Source: Candidatus Helarchaeota ASGARD archaeon Hel_GB_B (GTDB lineage Archaea > Asgardarchaeota > Lokiarchaeia > Helarchaeales > HEL-GB-B). From it: 32,000 bases of DNA. How positions within the stretch are numbered: the first letter of the stretch is position 1; each line of letters opens with the position of its first letter. Under the pieces are notes generated by a model. It searched no databases. It was not told the DNA's origin and was given only the letters and a program-made list of their open reading frames with translations. The stretch covers positions 1 to 32,000 of the forward strand of contig SUPR01000016.1 in the NCBI GenBank assembly GCA_005191425.1, given 5' to 3'. This document shows, in pieces, positions 17,863-27,608 of this stretch. Both the position numbers and the translations under genes were made by a program.

Positions 17863-19196
17863 AATACATGGAAATAAATAATTTTGTAACTGATTTTACT
17901 TATAAAAGTATATTAGATTTAGGCATTAAATATTTATTGGGTAATAAAGAAATTAAAGAAGCAAAAAAAAGCGGGAAAAAAATTATTGGAAGTTTTTTAC
18001 CACCCATAGATATGATTTATGCCTTTAAAAATGCTTTGCCAATCTTTCTGCCCAGATTAATTGAATTTGAATATGAAAAATACGTCCCGATTTTAAATCT
18101 ATTGAATAAATTTAACATTCTTAAATCAATTTTAAATTATTACATAAAAAACGAAAATGTTTTATTAAATCAGTTTTTTAAAGATTTTGATCAATCAGGC
18201 TATTCTCGAGTTTTTTCAAGTTTAATAGATATTGCAGCTAATTCAAATTATTATATGGATACCTGTGTTCAGACCAGAATATCTTATGGCGCTTTTCTTA
18301 AATATTTTAATTTAGTAGATATGATAATTGGTGGATTTGAAGGAAATTATTGTCTACATTTTGCAAAATTTTACGAACGAATCAACTTATATAAGCCCAC
18401 TTTTTATTTTGAGAAACCATATGGCGATGAGAATTCTCCCAATACTATTTCTATTATAGATAAGGAATTTAATCGGTTTATTAAATTAGTAGAAAAATTA
18501 ACTAAAGAAAAAATTGATGAAGATTTATTAATTAATATTTTACGAATACAACAAGAAATTAGAAAATATTTAATTCTTATTTATAAATTATTCAAGAGAG
18601 GTTATGTCCCTTTACAATCTGTAGCATTAACTTTAATTCATGGATGTTATGTCGATTTATTGTCAGATCCAATTTTTTGTAAAAATAAATTAAAACAACT
18701 TACAAATGAAATCTATCATAAATATAAAAAACATGAGCTTTATAATTATAAAAAAGAAGGGATACCAAGGATAATTATTACCGGGAGTCCTGGGTTTGAT
18801 CCGGCTCTTCCTTCAATTTTTCAAAACGCAGGTGCATCTTTATTATACTTGGATTTATTTCAGTCTGCCAAGGATTCTAAATTCAAATTAGACTTTAAAT
18901 TAAGCGGACTTGATTTATATAAGAAGTTTTTAGTAGAAACAAATTATGTAAATGGAATAATTGACTTAATTGACCTATGGTTGAATATTGCAAAAGAAAT
19001 TGAAGTGGACGGAATTTTATTCTCAAAAAGTTGGGGCTGTAGATTTACAACACCCGCTTTTAAGATCCTAAAAGATAGGGCAAACAGTGAATTAGCAATC
19101 CCAGTACTTGGGCTTGACTTTTACACACCTGGAGAGAATTTATCTCAGGTTCAGACGCGCATTGAGGCATTTATTGAAATGATCAAGAAAAAATGA
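17859..19196 (+). CDS. 2-hydroxyacyl-CoA dehydratase family subunit (HgdA/HadB/FldB/BcrB-like)
   Basis: DTCVQTR, GNYCLHFAK, SWGCRF, SQVQTRIEAFIEMI. ATGA overlap with the upstream subunit indicates translational coupling. Confidence 0.85.
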   Translation: MKYMEINNFVTDFTYKSILDLGIKYLLGNKEIKEAKKSGKKIIGSFLPPIDMIYAFKNALPIFLPRLIEFEYEKYVPILNLLNKFNILKSILNYYIKNENVLLNQFFKDFDQSGYSRVFSSLIDIAANSNYYMDTCVQTRISYGAFLKYFNLVDMIIGGFEGNYCLHFAKFYERINLYKPTFYFEKPYGDENSPNTISIIDKEFNRFIKLVEKLTKEKIDEDLLINILRIQQEIRKYLILIYKLFKRGYVPLQSVALTLIHGCYVDLLSDPIFCKNKLKQLTNEIYHKYKKHELYNYKKEGIPRIIITGSPGFDPALPSIFQNAGASLLYLDLFQSAKDSKFKLDFKLSGLDLYKKFLVETNYVNGIIDLIDLWLNIAKEIEVDGILFSKSWGCRFTTPAFKILKDRANSELAIPVLGLDFYTPGENLSQVQTRIEAFIEMIKKK

Positions 19197-19197
19197 A

Positions 19198-20052
19198 TCA
19201 ATAAATTTCGTCCTTGTATTCTCTAACTCTCAATTTTGAAACAGCGTTCTCAAAAAACATCATTATATAAGACTTGAGTTCAGATATCCGTTGATTTATT
19301 TGTAAGAAACCTTCATCAGTATCTGAATATTTCTTTTCAAGGTCATTTATAAGATTTGATAATTTAAAATCAATTTGTTTAATATTGTTATTAAACTCGT
19401 CTATTTTTTGTTCCAACCTTTTTATCTTCTCAGAAATAGATAAAATTGTATAAGGTACCGAAGAAGTTGAATATTGCCTTAAATTACTTTTTTTATTTAA
19501 CTCAGATTTTTTTCTTGGTGCTTTTGTATAATCCAAAATACATTCTCTTAAAATTGGTTCTCTATTTCCCCAAGGACTTTTGGCAGAATAAGCCCCAGAA
19601 ATCCTAAGTGATACTAAATGATTTGAGCTATAAATTATATAAACAGTTATACGTCCATCTAACTTATATTTATTATTAATAGTAATGTGTCCTCTTGTAT
19701 GACTTGATAAAGCATCCATTTGATTAATCTTTAATCGTCTATGAGGCGACCATTCTAACTCACAATTGGAATAGTTATTAATTTCGTTTATTTCTTTTTC
19801 CAGAGCATCCTTTAAAGCATCTTGTTCCAAAATATTTGGGTCAGTTCTTCCTAAATTCCTTATAATTACAAGTCCATAATTTTGCCAATCAATTTTCGTA
19901 TATTCTTTATTAGAATCAAAATCCCATTCTTTATTATATATAACAATAAACGGTGAATTTTTCATTTTACACGATTCAATTAAACCTGAAGAATTCCATT
20001 CATTCCAGATGCCACTTAATACTATATTATATTTATTTAATAATTCATTCAT
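19198..20052 (-). CDS. Hypothetical protein with C-terminal coiled coil
   Basis: 284-aa ORF 22 nt downstream of the acyltransferase gene on the same strand; heptads in ISEKIKRLEQKIDEFNNNIKQIDFKLSNL. Confidence 0.7.
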   Translation of the reverse strand: MNELLNKYNIVLSGIWNEWNSSGLIESCKMKNSPFIVIYNKEWDFDSNKEYTKIDWQNYGLVIIRNLGRTDPNILEQDALKDALEKEINEINNYSNCELEWSPHRRLKINQMDALSSHTRGHITINNKYKLDGRITVYIIYSSNHLVSLRISGAYSAKSPWGNREPILRECILDYTKAPRKKSELNKKSNLRQYSTSSVPYTILSISEKIKRLEQKIDEFNNNIKQIDFKLSNLINDLEKKYSDTDEGFLQINQRISELKSYIMMFFENAVSKLRVREYKDEIY

Positions 20053-20074
20053 TAGTTAAAAATCAATTATAGTC

Positions 20075-21316
20075 TTATTTAGATTTTTTCATTTCATCCC
20101 AAACATCTTGAGAATAATTAAAAAGTTGGTCAGTAAATTCTTCAAAATTAAAAACTTCACCTACTTTTCTTGCAAGAATACCTTCTACTTGTATATTTTC
20201 TGTGACATCACTTACTACAAATGCATATGGAAGTATTTCAGCATTATCATGAATTTCTATTCCAGGTAATAGTCCTGCACTAGGAGAAATCATGACATTT
20301 TTTCCAATTATAATTTTTCCTTTTCGAAACCCGCCTATTATTCCTTCGTATGTGGCTGATACCGAATGTCTTTTGATTACAGAATCGTCTCCAGTTTTTA
20401 TTAACTCGGGAAACCAACCATCTATATTAACATTTGGTACAATAATTAATCCTTTTCCAATTTTTACTCCTACAGCTCGTAGTATTTCTTTTCTCAAAGA
20501 ATTGGGTATTCGCGGCGACTTTTGTATTTCCAATAGAATATTATTAATCAGGGCTATAATTGGATCCCTAAATTTTCTCCAATCAAATAAAGTAAATGGA
20601 GTCTTTTCGAGTTTTCTTTTCGCGTTGCTTTTGGTTTTTCTCGAAAAGGGATGTCTTATAGGTTCTGGTAGGCCGATTACAAAAGTATTGGCTTCAACAT
20701 CCGAAGCAAGGACTCCTAGAGATAGTATTGAATTATCTCCAATTGAAACTCCAGGTAATATTACAGCACCAACACATATTAATATATTTTTACCAATATT
20801 TACTTCTCCAACTCTTAATTCTCCATCTAAAATTTCATGCGCAAATACACTTGATCCCATCCCTATTATTGTATTATTACCAATTGATATTTTTTCAGAA
20901 AAAATTGAGTCTATCGTGTTTCCATGTGTTATCATAACATCATTACCAATTTTTGCACCCAAAATACTTAAATAAGCTGCTTTAATTGATGGAATGCCAT
21001 ATTGTAACATTCTTATCCTTAAATTAAATCTCATCTTCCCAAGTAAAGAATTCATACAACGATATTTCTTTATTTCATCTTCAGTCACACTTCTTGTATC
21101 TCTTGTTTTATGTTTTTTGATACCTAAATATTCTTTACTCTTTATGACATTCTTATAAACTCTTCTAACCAGATCTCTCTGAAATTTTCTGATTCTCTCT
21201 TTAACTTTCTCAGTTTCTCCATCTTCTACTTAAACTGCTAATGGTGTAACAAAAGTGGTTTTTTCTAATAAAGGGTACATTTCATATATTTTTTCTAATT
21301 CTTTGGGGATTTTCAT
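20075..21316 (-). pseudogene. Tandem double left-handed beta-helix (hexapeptide) acyltransferase, YvoF/maltose-acetyltransferase-like, with in-frame TAA at codon 29; the track ORF 20075-21088 is the 3' part
   Basis: Two LbH modules (GAKIG…KISIGNNTIIG…FAHE…IGKNILI…ILPGVSIGDN; GVKIG…IKTGDDSVI…IGKNVMI…LLPGIEIHDN). The frame continues upstream from GTG 21088 through TAA 21230-21232 to ATG 21316. Confidence 0.7.
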
Positions 21317-21723
21317 ATTTATTCATAATATTTTTCAAAATTAGACTGTTTTATATATTGACCGTTCTATTTAAAAAATTTAACTAACCAATTTCATAAA
21401 AATTAAAAAATAAAATGTAAAATAATCTTACAATTTGATTTAATATTTATAATATCAAGATTAAATAATATCTATTGATATATAAGATAAATAACGTGAA
21501 ATATAAATTCTTTAAATTATCTATAAGTATCTAATTTAATTAATTAATCAAATTTTCATGGACCAGAAATTAAATTGATAAAATTAAGAAAGAAAAAAGC
21601 AAAAAGATTAACAATCACATCAATTTAATCATAATATGATTCTGTAATATATCAACAAAAATACAAAAATAAATTAGACACATAAAATTAACTAAAATTC
21701 TTATCCAAATCGAAGGTATCAGA

Positions 21724-22566
21724 ATGTATTTAGAAGTTGAAGATAATGTTAAAGTATATTACGAGGATAATGGTCCTCGTGATGGATTTCCATTAGTCTT
21801 AATTCATGGGTGGGGGGTTAGTTCTGCTTTATGGAGTGAACAAGTCGCTTTTTTAACAGATCATGGATACAGGACTATCGCAATGGACTCTCGAGGTCAT
21901 GGAAAATCCGATTATCATAAATATTCAAAAGATACAGATTTATTAAAAACAATAATTAATGACCTTCAAATATTATTATCTCATTTAGAAATCAATAAAC
22001 CATTTGGAATTATTGGTCATTCTGCTGGAGGTGGAATTGGTATATCAATATATTTGTCAAACCCAGATAATGTCGCTTTTTTATGTATTTTAAATTCATC
22101 TTACATCTTATATGAACGAATTGATGAACGAATCATTTGGTCTTTAGTACCAAACCTAATTAATTTGGGATATAATCCAATTTTAAGAGGTCCATATAGA
22201 TACTTAATAAGAAAATTAATCCATATTATTGCTGTCATTTTAAATAGACCAATAGAAAAAGTGAAAATTTGGGTAGAAGACATCCTTAATATTAATAAAG
22301 ATGTCCTTATTAGAGAATTGTACCATCTGAAAAAATATAACCTAAAAGAAGATTTGAAAAAAATAAATATCCCTTGCCTAATTATTGCAGGTGAATATGA
22401 TTGGTTAACTCCACCACTTAGGTCTAAAATTTTACATAAATATATTAATAATTCAGAATTACATATAATTAAAGGAACAGGACATTTGTCTAAAATTGAA
22501 AAATCTGGTATAGTTAATAATTTAATTTTGGATTTTATAAAAAGAGTAGAAAATAATGAATTCTAA
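21724..22566 (+). CDS. Alpha/beta hydrolase (Abhydrolase_1-like)
   Basis: LIHGWG, DSRGHGKS, IGHSAGGG, AGEYDWLTP, GTGHLS. Confidence 0.92.
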   Translation: MYLEVEDNVKVYYEDNGPRDGFPLVLIHGWGVSSALWSEQVAFLTDHGYRTIAMDSRGHGKSDYHKYSKDTDLLKTIINDLQILLSHLEINKPFGIIGHSAGGGIGISIYLSNPDNVAFLCILNSSYILYERIDERIIWSLVPNLINLGYNPILRGPYRYLIRKLIHIIAVILNRPIEKVKIWVEDILNINKDVLIRELYHLKKYNLKEDLKKINIPCLIIAGEYDWLTPPLRSKILHKYINNSELHIIKGTGHLSKIEKSGIVNNLILDFIKRVENNEF

Positions 22567-23048
22567 TTGTCTTCTTTTTTAATTTGATCTGGTGTATAAA
22601 TTAAAACTCTATACCGGCTTCTAAATCCCATATTTTTAAAATAGGGCAACATTTTTATAAATTCCTCCTCTAAATCGAGTTTAATAACTTCCGCACCCAT
22701 TTTCTCAAGATGTTCTATTGCATTTTCCACTAAAAAATGTCCAACACCCTTGTTTCTATATTGATTGTTTACCACAATAGCCGTAATACGCGCTTCACCT
22801 TCACCGACTGGATTTACTAAGATTTCTGCAATCAATAATCCTACTATAAAACTTTTACCAACTTCTGTTATATTTTCAGCAACTAATATCCCTTCTCGTT
22901 GTAATCGGTCTTTTAATCTTTTTTTGATACCCCATTCAAATCTTTTTTCGTTAAATGATATTCCATAATAATCATATAACTGCAGCATCAACTCTCTTAT
23001 TGCCCTAATATCTGCAATAGAAGCCGTCCTAACTTTTATTTCAGACAT
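22563..23048 (-). CDS. GNAT family N-acetyltransferase
   Basis: IKVRTASIADI start pattern and acetyl-CoA motif A VVNNQYRNKGVG. The likely start is ATG 23048; the track ORF extends to 23117. Confidence 0.88.
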   Translation of the reverse strand: MSEIKVRTASIADIRAIRELMLQLYDYYGISFNEKRFEWGIKKRLKDRLQREGILVAENITEVGKSFIVGLLIAEILVNPVGEGEARITAIVVNNQYRNKGVGHFLVENAIEHLEKMGAEVIKLDLEEEFIKMLPYFKNMGFRSRYRVLIYTPDQIKKEDN

Positions 23049-23233
23049 TGTTGATTTCCTATTATAATCAAATAAAAATATGATTACTAACATAAAAATT
23101 GAAAATCTAATATACAAAAGAAATTGAATTTAATATTTTATATTTAAACAAATGTAATTAAATACAATTTTTTTATAAATTATATTCCTATATATTTCAA
23201 TATATAAGAACTGATTGGAAAATGGATTATAAA

Positions 23234-23674
23234 TTAAAAAATTCTAAATTTCAATCCATCAAAATGAGTATCATAGCTAAAAATATAAATTAAATTTAAA
23301 CGATTCATTATACTTAATATAGTGCAGTCAGTAAAGCTCAATTGTTTATTTTTATAATTTAAAAAAAAGTTCCAAGCGTTTTTAAAGTCATCAATAGTAG
23401 TGAAAATTAGTTTAATTTTTTTTGATTTTAAAATATAGTTTCCAATATCTATCGAGATTTTCATATTTTTAGTTCTTCTCAATGCTAGAGTGATTGCTTC
23501 ATCAAAAACATAATCTGATGTGTAGATGGCCCCATAATCATTTTTTAAAATAGAATACATAACCTTTTTTGCATTCTCAAAATGGGTATCATCTTCATTT
23601 CTTAAAGCAACAAATCCACTTGTATCAATAAAAACTCCCAGGTTATTCACCATATACATATTTGTCAATTTCAA
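23234..23674 (-). CDS. vapC: PIN-domain toxin (VapC)
   Basis: VFIDTSGFVAL, TSDYVFDEAIT, LSFTDC, IFSYDTHF carry the conserved PIN acidic residues. The true start is probably GTG 23650, overlapping the antitoxin stop. Confidence 0.92.
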   Translation of the reverse strand: MKLTNMYMVNNLGVFIDTSGFVALRNEDDTHFENAKKVMYSILKNDYGAIYTSDYVFDEAITLALRRTKNMKISIDIGNYILKSKKIKLIFTTIDDFKNAWNFFLNYKNKQLSFTDCTILSIMNRLNLIYIFSYDTHFDGLKFRIF

Positions 23675-23918
23675 TAGAAGCGTCCTTAATACCCCATTTT
23701 AAGGGTTTTTCCAACATTTTCCATGCATAATCATCTTCAAAAGATTCAGAATCTTCTAATGAGCCAAAAATATTATCAACAAATTTTAATGAAAATTTTA
23801 ATAATTTATCAAGAATCTCTTGTTGAGTTAGTTTCCTATTTTGTTTAATAAGAATTTTTGCTTCTAATTTTTCAATTTCTCTTTTCATTTCATCGTTTAT
23901 TTTTATGGATTTAGTCAT
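23643..23918 (-). CDS. Putative antitoxin (VapB-type)
   Basis: Small ORF directly upstream of and overlapping the PIN gene. It has an N-terminal KSIKIND…LTQQEILDKLL DNA-binding-like segment and an acidic tail. Likely start ATG 23918. Confidence 0.8.
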   Translation of the reverse strand: MTKSIKINDEMKREIEKLEAKILIKQNRKLTQQEILDKLLKFSLKFVDNIFGSLEDSESFEDDYAWKMLEKPLKWGIKDASIEIDKYVYGE

Positions 23919-24001
23919 TTTTATACACTTCAAATACAATTTTTATAATATAAATTATAATGAATACTTTTATACTTTTCTACTAGTATTATTTATTGTA
24001 A

Positions 24002-24175
24002 TTATTATTAGGTTATGAAATATATCCAGATAACACTACAGGATCTGATGTTTTTATTAGTGAAAGTGGCGATGGTTCTGTAATAGTTTCTGGGCCTATT
24101 AGGACTATAATTAATAAAAGAATTTTCAATACAATTGAGAGTTCATATTTTCCTCTTTATATAATTGGACATTAG
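24002..24175 (+). pseudogene. Start-less open stretch, probable decayed gene fragment
   Basis: 57 stop-free codons (…GYEIYPDNTTGSDVFISESGDGSVIVSGP…) with locally higher GC than the flanks and no start codon. The antisense in-phase frame is also open, so the strand is uncertain. Confidence 0.3.
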
Positions 24176-24255
24176 ATTAAATATCATTATATAGCTAGTA
24201 AAGATATGATTATTGTAAAAGAATTAAATACTTTTGGACATTATAATATTATGAA

Positions 24256-24500
24256 CTATTTAAAAAATTCAATAACCTTATTTTTAGCAATATCTTTAAA
24301 TGCTCTATGATTTTCATATAAAATTTTAGCATCTTTAGCCGCTTCATCAATTATTTATTTTGGATTCATCCATCTATATTCGCAATAAAGTTGTAAAGGA
24401 GTTAAGCATTGACTTATATATTTTTGCACTTATCCCAATTAAATATCTCTCTATCTCAATTATCCATTTTCCATTAAATTTAAATTTTTTTTCTTTTTTT
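24256..24500 (-). pseudogene. Decayed fragment resembling the N-terminal domain of archaeal tyrosine integrases
   Basis: Reconstructed across a frameshift and a stop: IERYLIGISAKIYKSM / LQLYCEYRWMNPK*IIDEAAKDA…AKNKVIEFFK*. This recalls the (Y/F)CE…P.ELI.EA..D pattern. No catalytic domain was seen. Confidence 0.33.
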
Positions 24501-25049
24501 GTAGAAATTTTTTTGATTTATAATAAAAAATATATATTGTCATATTTGTAAAATTTCGCACTATAATACTACAATTTATTGTTAATTTAAAATGTTCGAT
24601 TTTATGAATTTCTTCAGAAGGATATGTTAGGAAAAACTCATATCAAGTTAAAATTGCAAAGAAATTGTGGGAATATTCATCCAATTCTGACAGGGGATGG
24701 TAAAAATATTATATAATATATTGGTAGCGAATGCCAATTTCAATATGCATTTAATTTCTAGATAAAAATATTAGAACTTTAATTAAAATATCAAAAACCA
24801 AGATTAAAAATAAGATAAGTAAAAAAGTGAATTTAATAAGATTAAGTCATTAAATCAATAATTAGTCAAAATATTATTTGTTAAAAAGATTTTTATATTA
24901 TTACAGAGAGATTAACTTACGATCAAAAATTATATTTAATCAACACTGTTAATTATTATTAAATATTAATACAAATAGTAAATTTATATCAAATATTTAA
25001 TATATCATCCTATTCAATAGTCTGAAATAATTTAAATATGGGATAATTT

Positions 25050-26204
25050 ATGAAGAAAAAGTCAAAATTAATTAAATTATTTTTAAGTATGCTATTAATC
25101 ACATCTACGTTTTATCCGTATGTACAAATATTACCAATAAGTTACGCTGATGAAGTTGTACCACCAACATATCAATGGATAAAAGAATCAAATCCATGGT
25201 ATGAATTAACTGAAGAACAAAGATTGGAAATAGTACCGCATCATCCAGATATTTATATAATAGAAAGCGCAAAGTTGGTAATATATTACCCTACTCAAAA
25301 TATCGATGTTGAATTTTTATGTCGAAAAATAGTAAATATACCATCTTGGGAGCCATCTGAGAGTAATAACTATTATATTCAACAAGATTTAGCATTATCG
25401 ATCTCATATTATGATAAAGGCGGGTCGCAATTGTGGTCTGGAATCTATATTGGAGGTGGACAATTTCGAGGCTACCACTGGGGTGACGAAGATATTCAAC
25501 AACAGCAACATTCAAATAGTTATACGGATGTTTATTTTATAAATAGTGGACGGACATTATGTTGGAATATGACTAGCACTTATTGGAATACTGCAGAAGA
25601 TTTTATACAAAAGCCAGTAGCCATTAATTATACTGTAGACTATGTCGTTAAAATTGATAATTATAAAAATGATACTTTATTCTTTGAAATCGATACTACA
25701 ATTCATTTTAATAAAACACATTCAGTAGATAGATTGATAAATTTAACTATGAGTTATGGGTGCGATCTATTTGATATATTAAAGTTTCAGATGGTCTATC
25801 CAGAGAACATGACAACGGGGGCTTTTTCAGGCTGGTATAAAATAGGGGATTATGATGTAATGACAATACTAACAGCAGAACAAGGAAGATTTATTTATGA
25901 TAATGGGACAGATATCTGGAAAAATTTGTCAAGAGGTATGATCATTGAGGAAACACCTCCAGAGCTAAATCCAGACATTAAACCATATGGGATAATATAT
26001 AATATATATATGAATAACTTGCCAGTAAATGATACTAAAGGGAATATTTCAACAATATATTATGACCCACTTGTGATCGGGTTCTATGAGGCTAGGGTTA
26101 ATTTTATCCTGGAAATTTGTATTATTCCGATAGGTGTGGGGATCATGGTCTATTTTATAAGTTATAAGAAAAAACAAGCAATAAAATCTGTCAAGGAGGA
26201 ATAA
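25050..26204 (+). CDS. Hypothetical secreted / surface protein with signal peptide and C-terminal membrane anchor
   Basis: MKKKSK + hydrophobic stretch + SYA cleavage-like site; N/T/Y-rich body; C-terminal TM ILEICIIPIGVGIMVYFISY followed by KKKQ. Confidence 0.75.
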   Translation: MKKKSKLIKLFLSMLLITSTFYPYVQILPISYADEVVPPTYQWIKESNPWYELTEEQRLEIVPHHPDIYIIESAKLVIYYPTQNIDVEFLCRKIVNIPSWEPSESNNYYIQQDLALSISYYDKGGSQLWSGIYIGGGQFRGYHWGDEDIQQQQHSNSYTDVYFINSGRTLCWNMTSTYWNTAEDFIQKPVAINYTVDYVVKIDNYKNDTLFFEIDTTIHFNKTHSVDRLINLTMSYGCDLFDILKFQMVYPENMTTGAFSGWYKIGDYDVMTILTAEQGRFIYDNGTDIWKNLSRGMIIEETPPELNPDIKPYGIIYNIYMNNLPVNDTKGNISTIYYDPLVIGFYEARVNFILEICIIPIGVGIMVYFISYKKKQAIKSVKEE

Positions 26205-26207
26205 ATA

Positions 26208-27044
26208 TTGGAAAACTCAACAAAAGCGGATTTAAATCTTGAAACTTCTAAATATGAGGTTTCAAATATACCTGGTAAATTTTCAATTTATACATTGAGC
26301 GGATTAGGCATAACTATTCTTGGAGTAATTTTTGGTATGTTCTATTACGAAGATCTTGGGTTCACAATAAGTATTATTGGACTTTTATTGATATTATTTA
26401 ATTTTTATTTTATAAACTCAGTTAAAAAGCCTAAAACAATTAATCAAATACCAAGTAAATATCTTGTTGCATTTCTTGGCGCCGTATTACTCGTAAATTA
26501 TTTGATTTATAACTTATATTATGGACTTATTTTACTCGCTTTCGGGACCTCTTTAATGCTTAGATCCATTAATATCACTTTAAGAAAACTCGAATTGAAA
26601 AATGACGTGCCAACAAGATATATACTTCTTATCCCAATAATAATAACTGGTACTATCTCTTTTTTATGCATATTTATGTTCCCAATAGCTTATCTCCTTG
26701 ACCCGCAAGCTAATATCATCGAACTAAACTGGATGATCGGTAAAATTTTTGGTTTAATACTTAATATAATGATCTACTCTTGCTGGTTCTTCCCAATATT
26801 AACTTGCATAAATGTTTCCTTAAATGCAGATAAAATCACAAAAGTGAGAAATAAGTTTATCACTTCCGGAATTAAAATAATGATACCATCAATTATTTTG
26901 GTCGTATTTTATTTCATAAACCAAATTGTTACATTTATATTAAATCCCTACATCCAATTAGGCGGATATCTAATGTTTATATCTGGGTCTATTCTGATTA
27001 TTTCAGGGCTTGTCTATTATTTTCTTAATAAAAATAAAAATTAA
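26208..27044 (+). CDS. Hypothetical polytopic membrane protein
   Basis: About 8 hydrophobic segments. TTG start 3 nt after the upstream stop, with AAGGAGG just upstream. Confidence 0.75.
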   Translation: MENSTKADLNLETSKYEVSNIPGKFSIYTLSGLGITILGVIFGMFYYEDLGFTISIIGLLLILFNFYFINSVKKPKTINQIPSKYLVAFLGAVLLVNYLIYNLYYGLILLAFGTSLMLRSINITLRKLELKNDVPTRYILLIPIIITGTISFLCIFMFPIAYLLDPQANIIELNWMIGKIFGLILNIMIYSCWFFPILTCINVSLNADKITKVRNKFITSGIKIMIPSIILVVFYFINQIVTFILNPYIQLGGYLMFISGSILIISGLVYYFLNKNKN

Positions 27045-27608
27045 ACAATTTACGTATCTCATTAAAAAATCAACAAATTCTTTTAATTTACACTTATTTT
27101 TTATTTTATCTTTTAAATTTGAAATTTGTTTGAAATAAAATAAAATCAATTGTAGTTGTTTATTATTGCATTCTTCTGGATAAAAATTATTAATAGTTAT
27201 TGCTTAATTTGGTTTTTTCTTCAATACATTAATATATAATTTGCGTAAAAATCGCTACCGTTATTTGTTGTTTTGGTAGATACAATATTAGTAGCCAAAT
27301 TTATTGCTTTTTAATTCTATCATGTGATATTTCGATGAATTCTAAATAGTCATTAACAAATTTATTAATTTTTAAGATAAGTATTCAAAACTTTTATTAA
27401 ATTTGATATTGAAATATTGAACTTCTGTTGAATATGATAAATTAACAAATTAATTAAAGATAATTATAACAATAACGGAATTTGTAAAAGCGCATTTAAT
27501 TTTTAAATAGAGTTTTTAAAGTATTGCACATTATAATAAAAAATGCAACACATAAATTAAAAAAAATAACACAATAAAATTAATCGAATTAGTGGACAGG
27601 TAAAGAGA

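Noticed and set aside
21230-21232. Selenocysteine/pyrrolysine read-through
   Set aside because: The interrupting codon is TAA, not TGA or TAG.
24720-24738. Small hairpin ATTGGTA-gcgaa-TGCCAAT as a terminator or element end
   Set aside because: A single 7-bp stem with no second copy and no clear associated gene end.
27045-27360. Decayed gene on the minus strand
   Set aside because: Short protein-like stretches switch frames repeatedly with no recognisable motif; not supportable.
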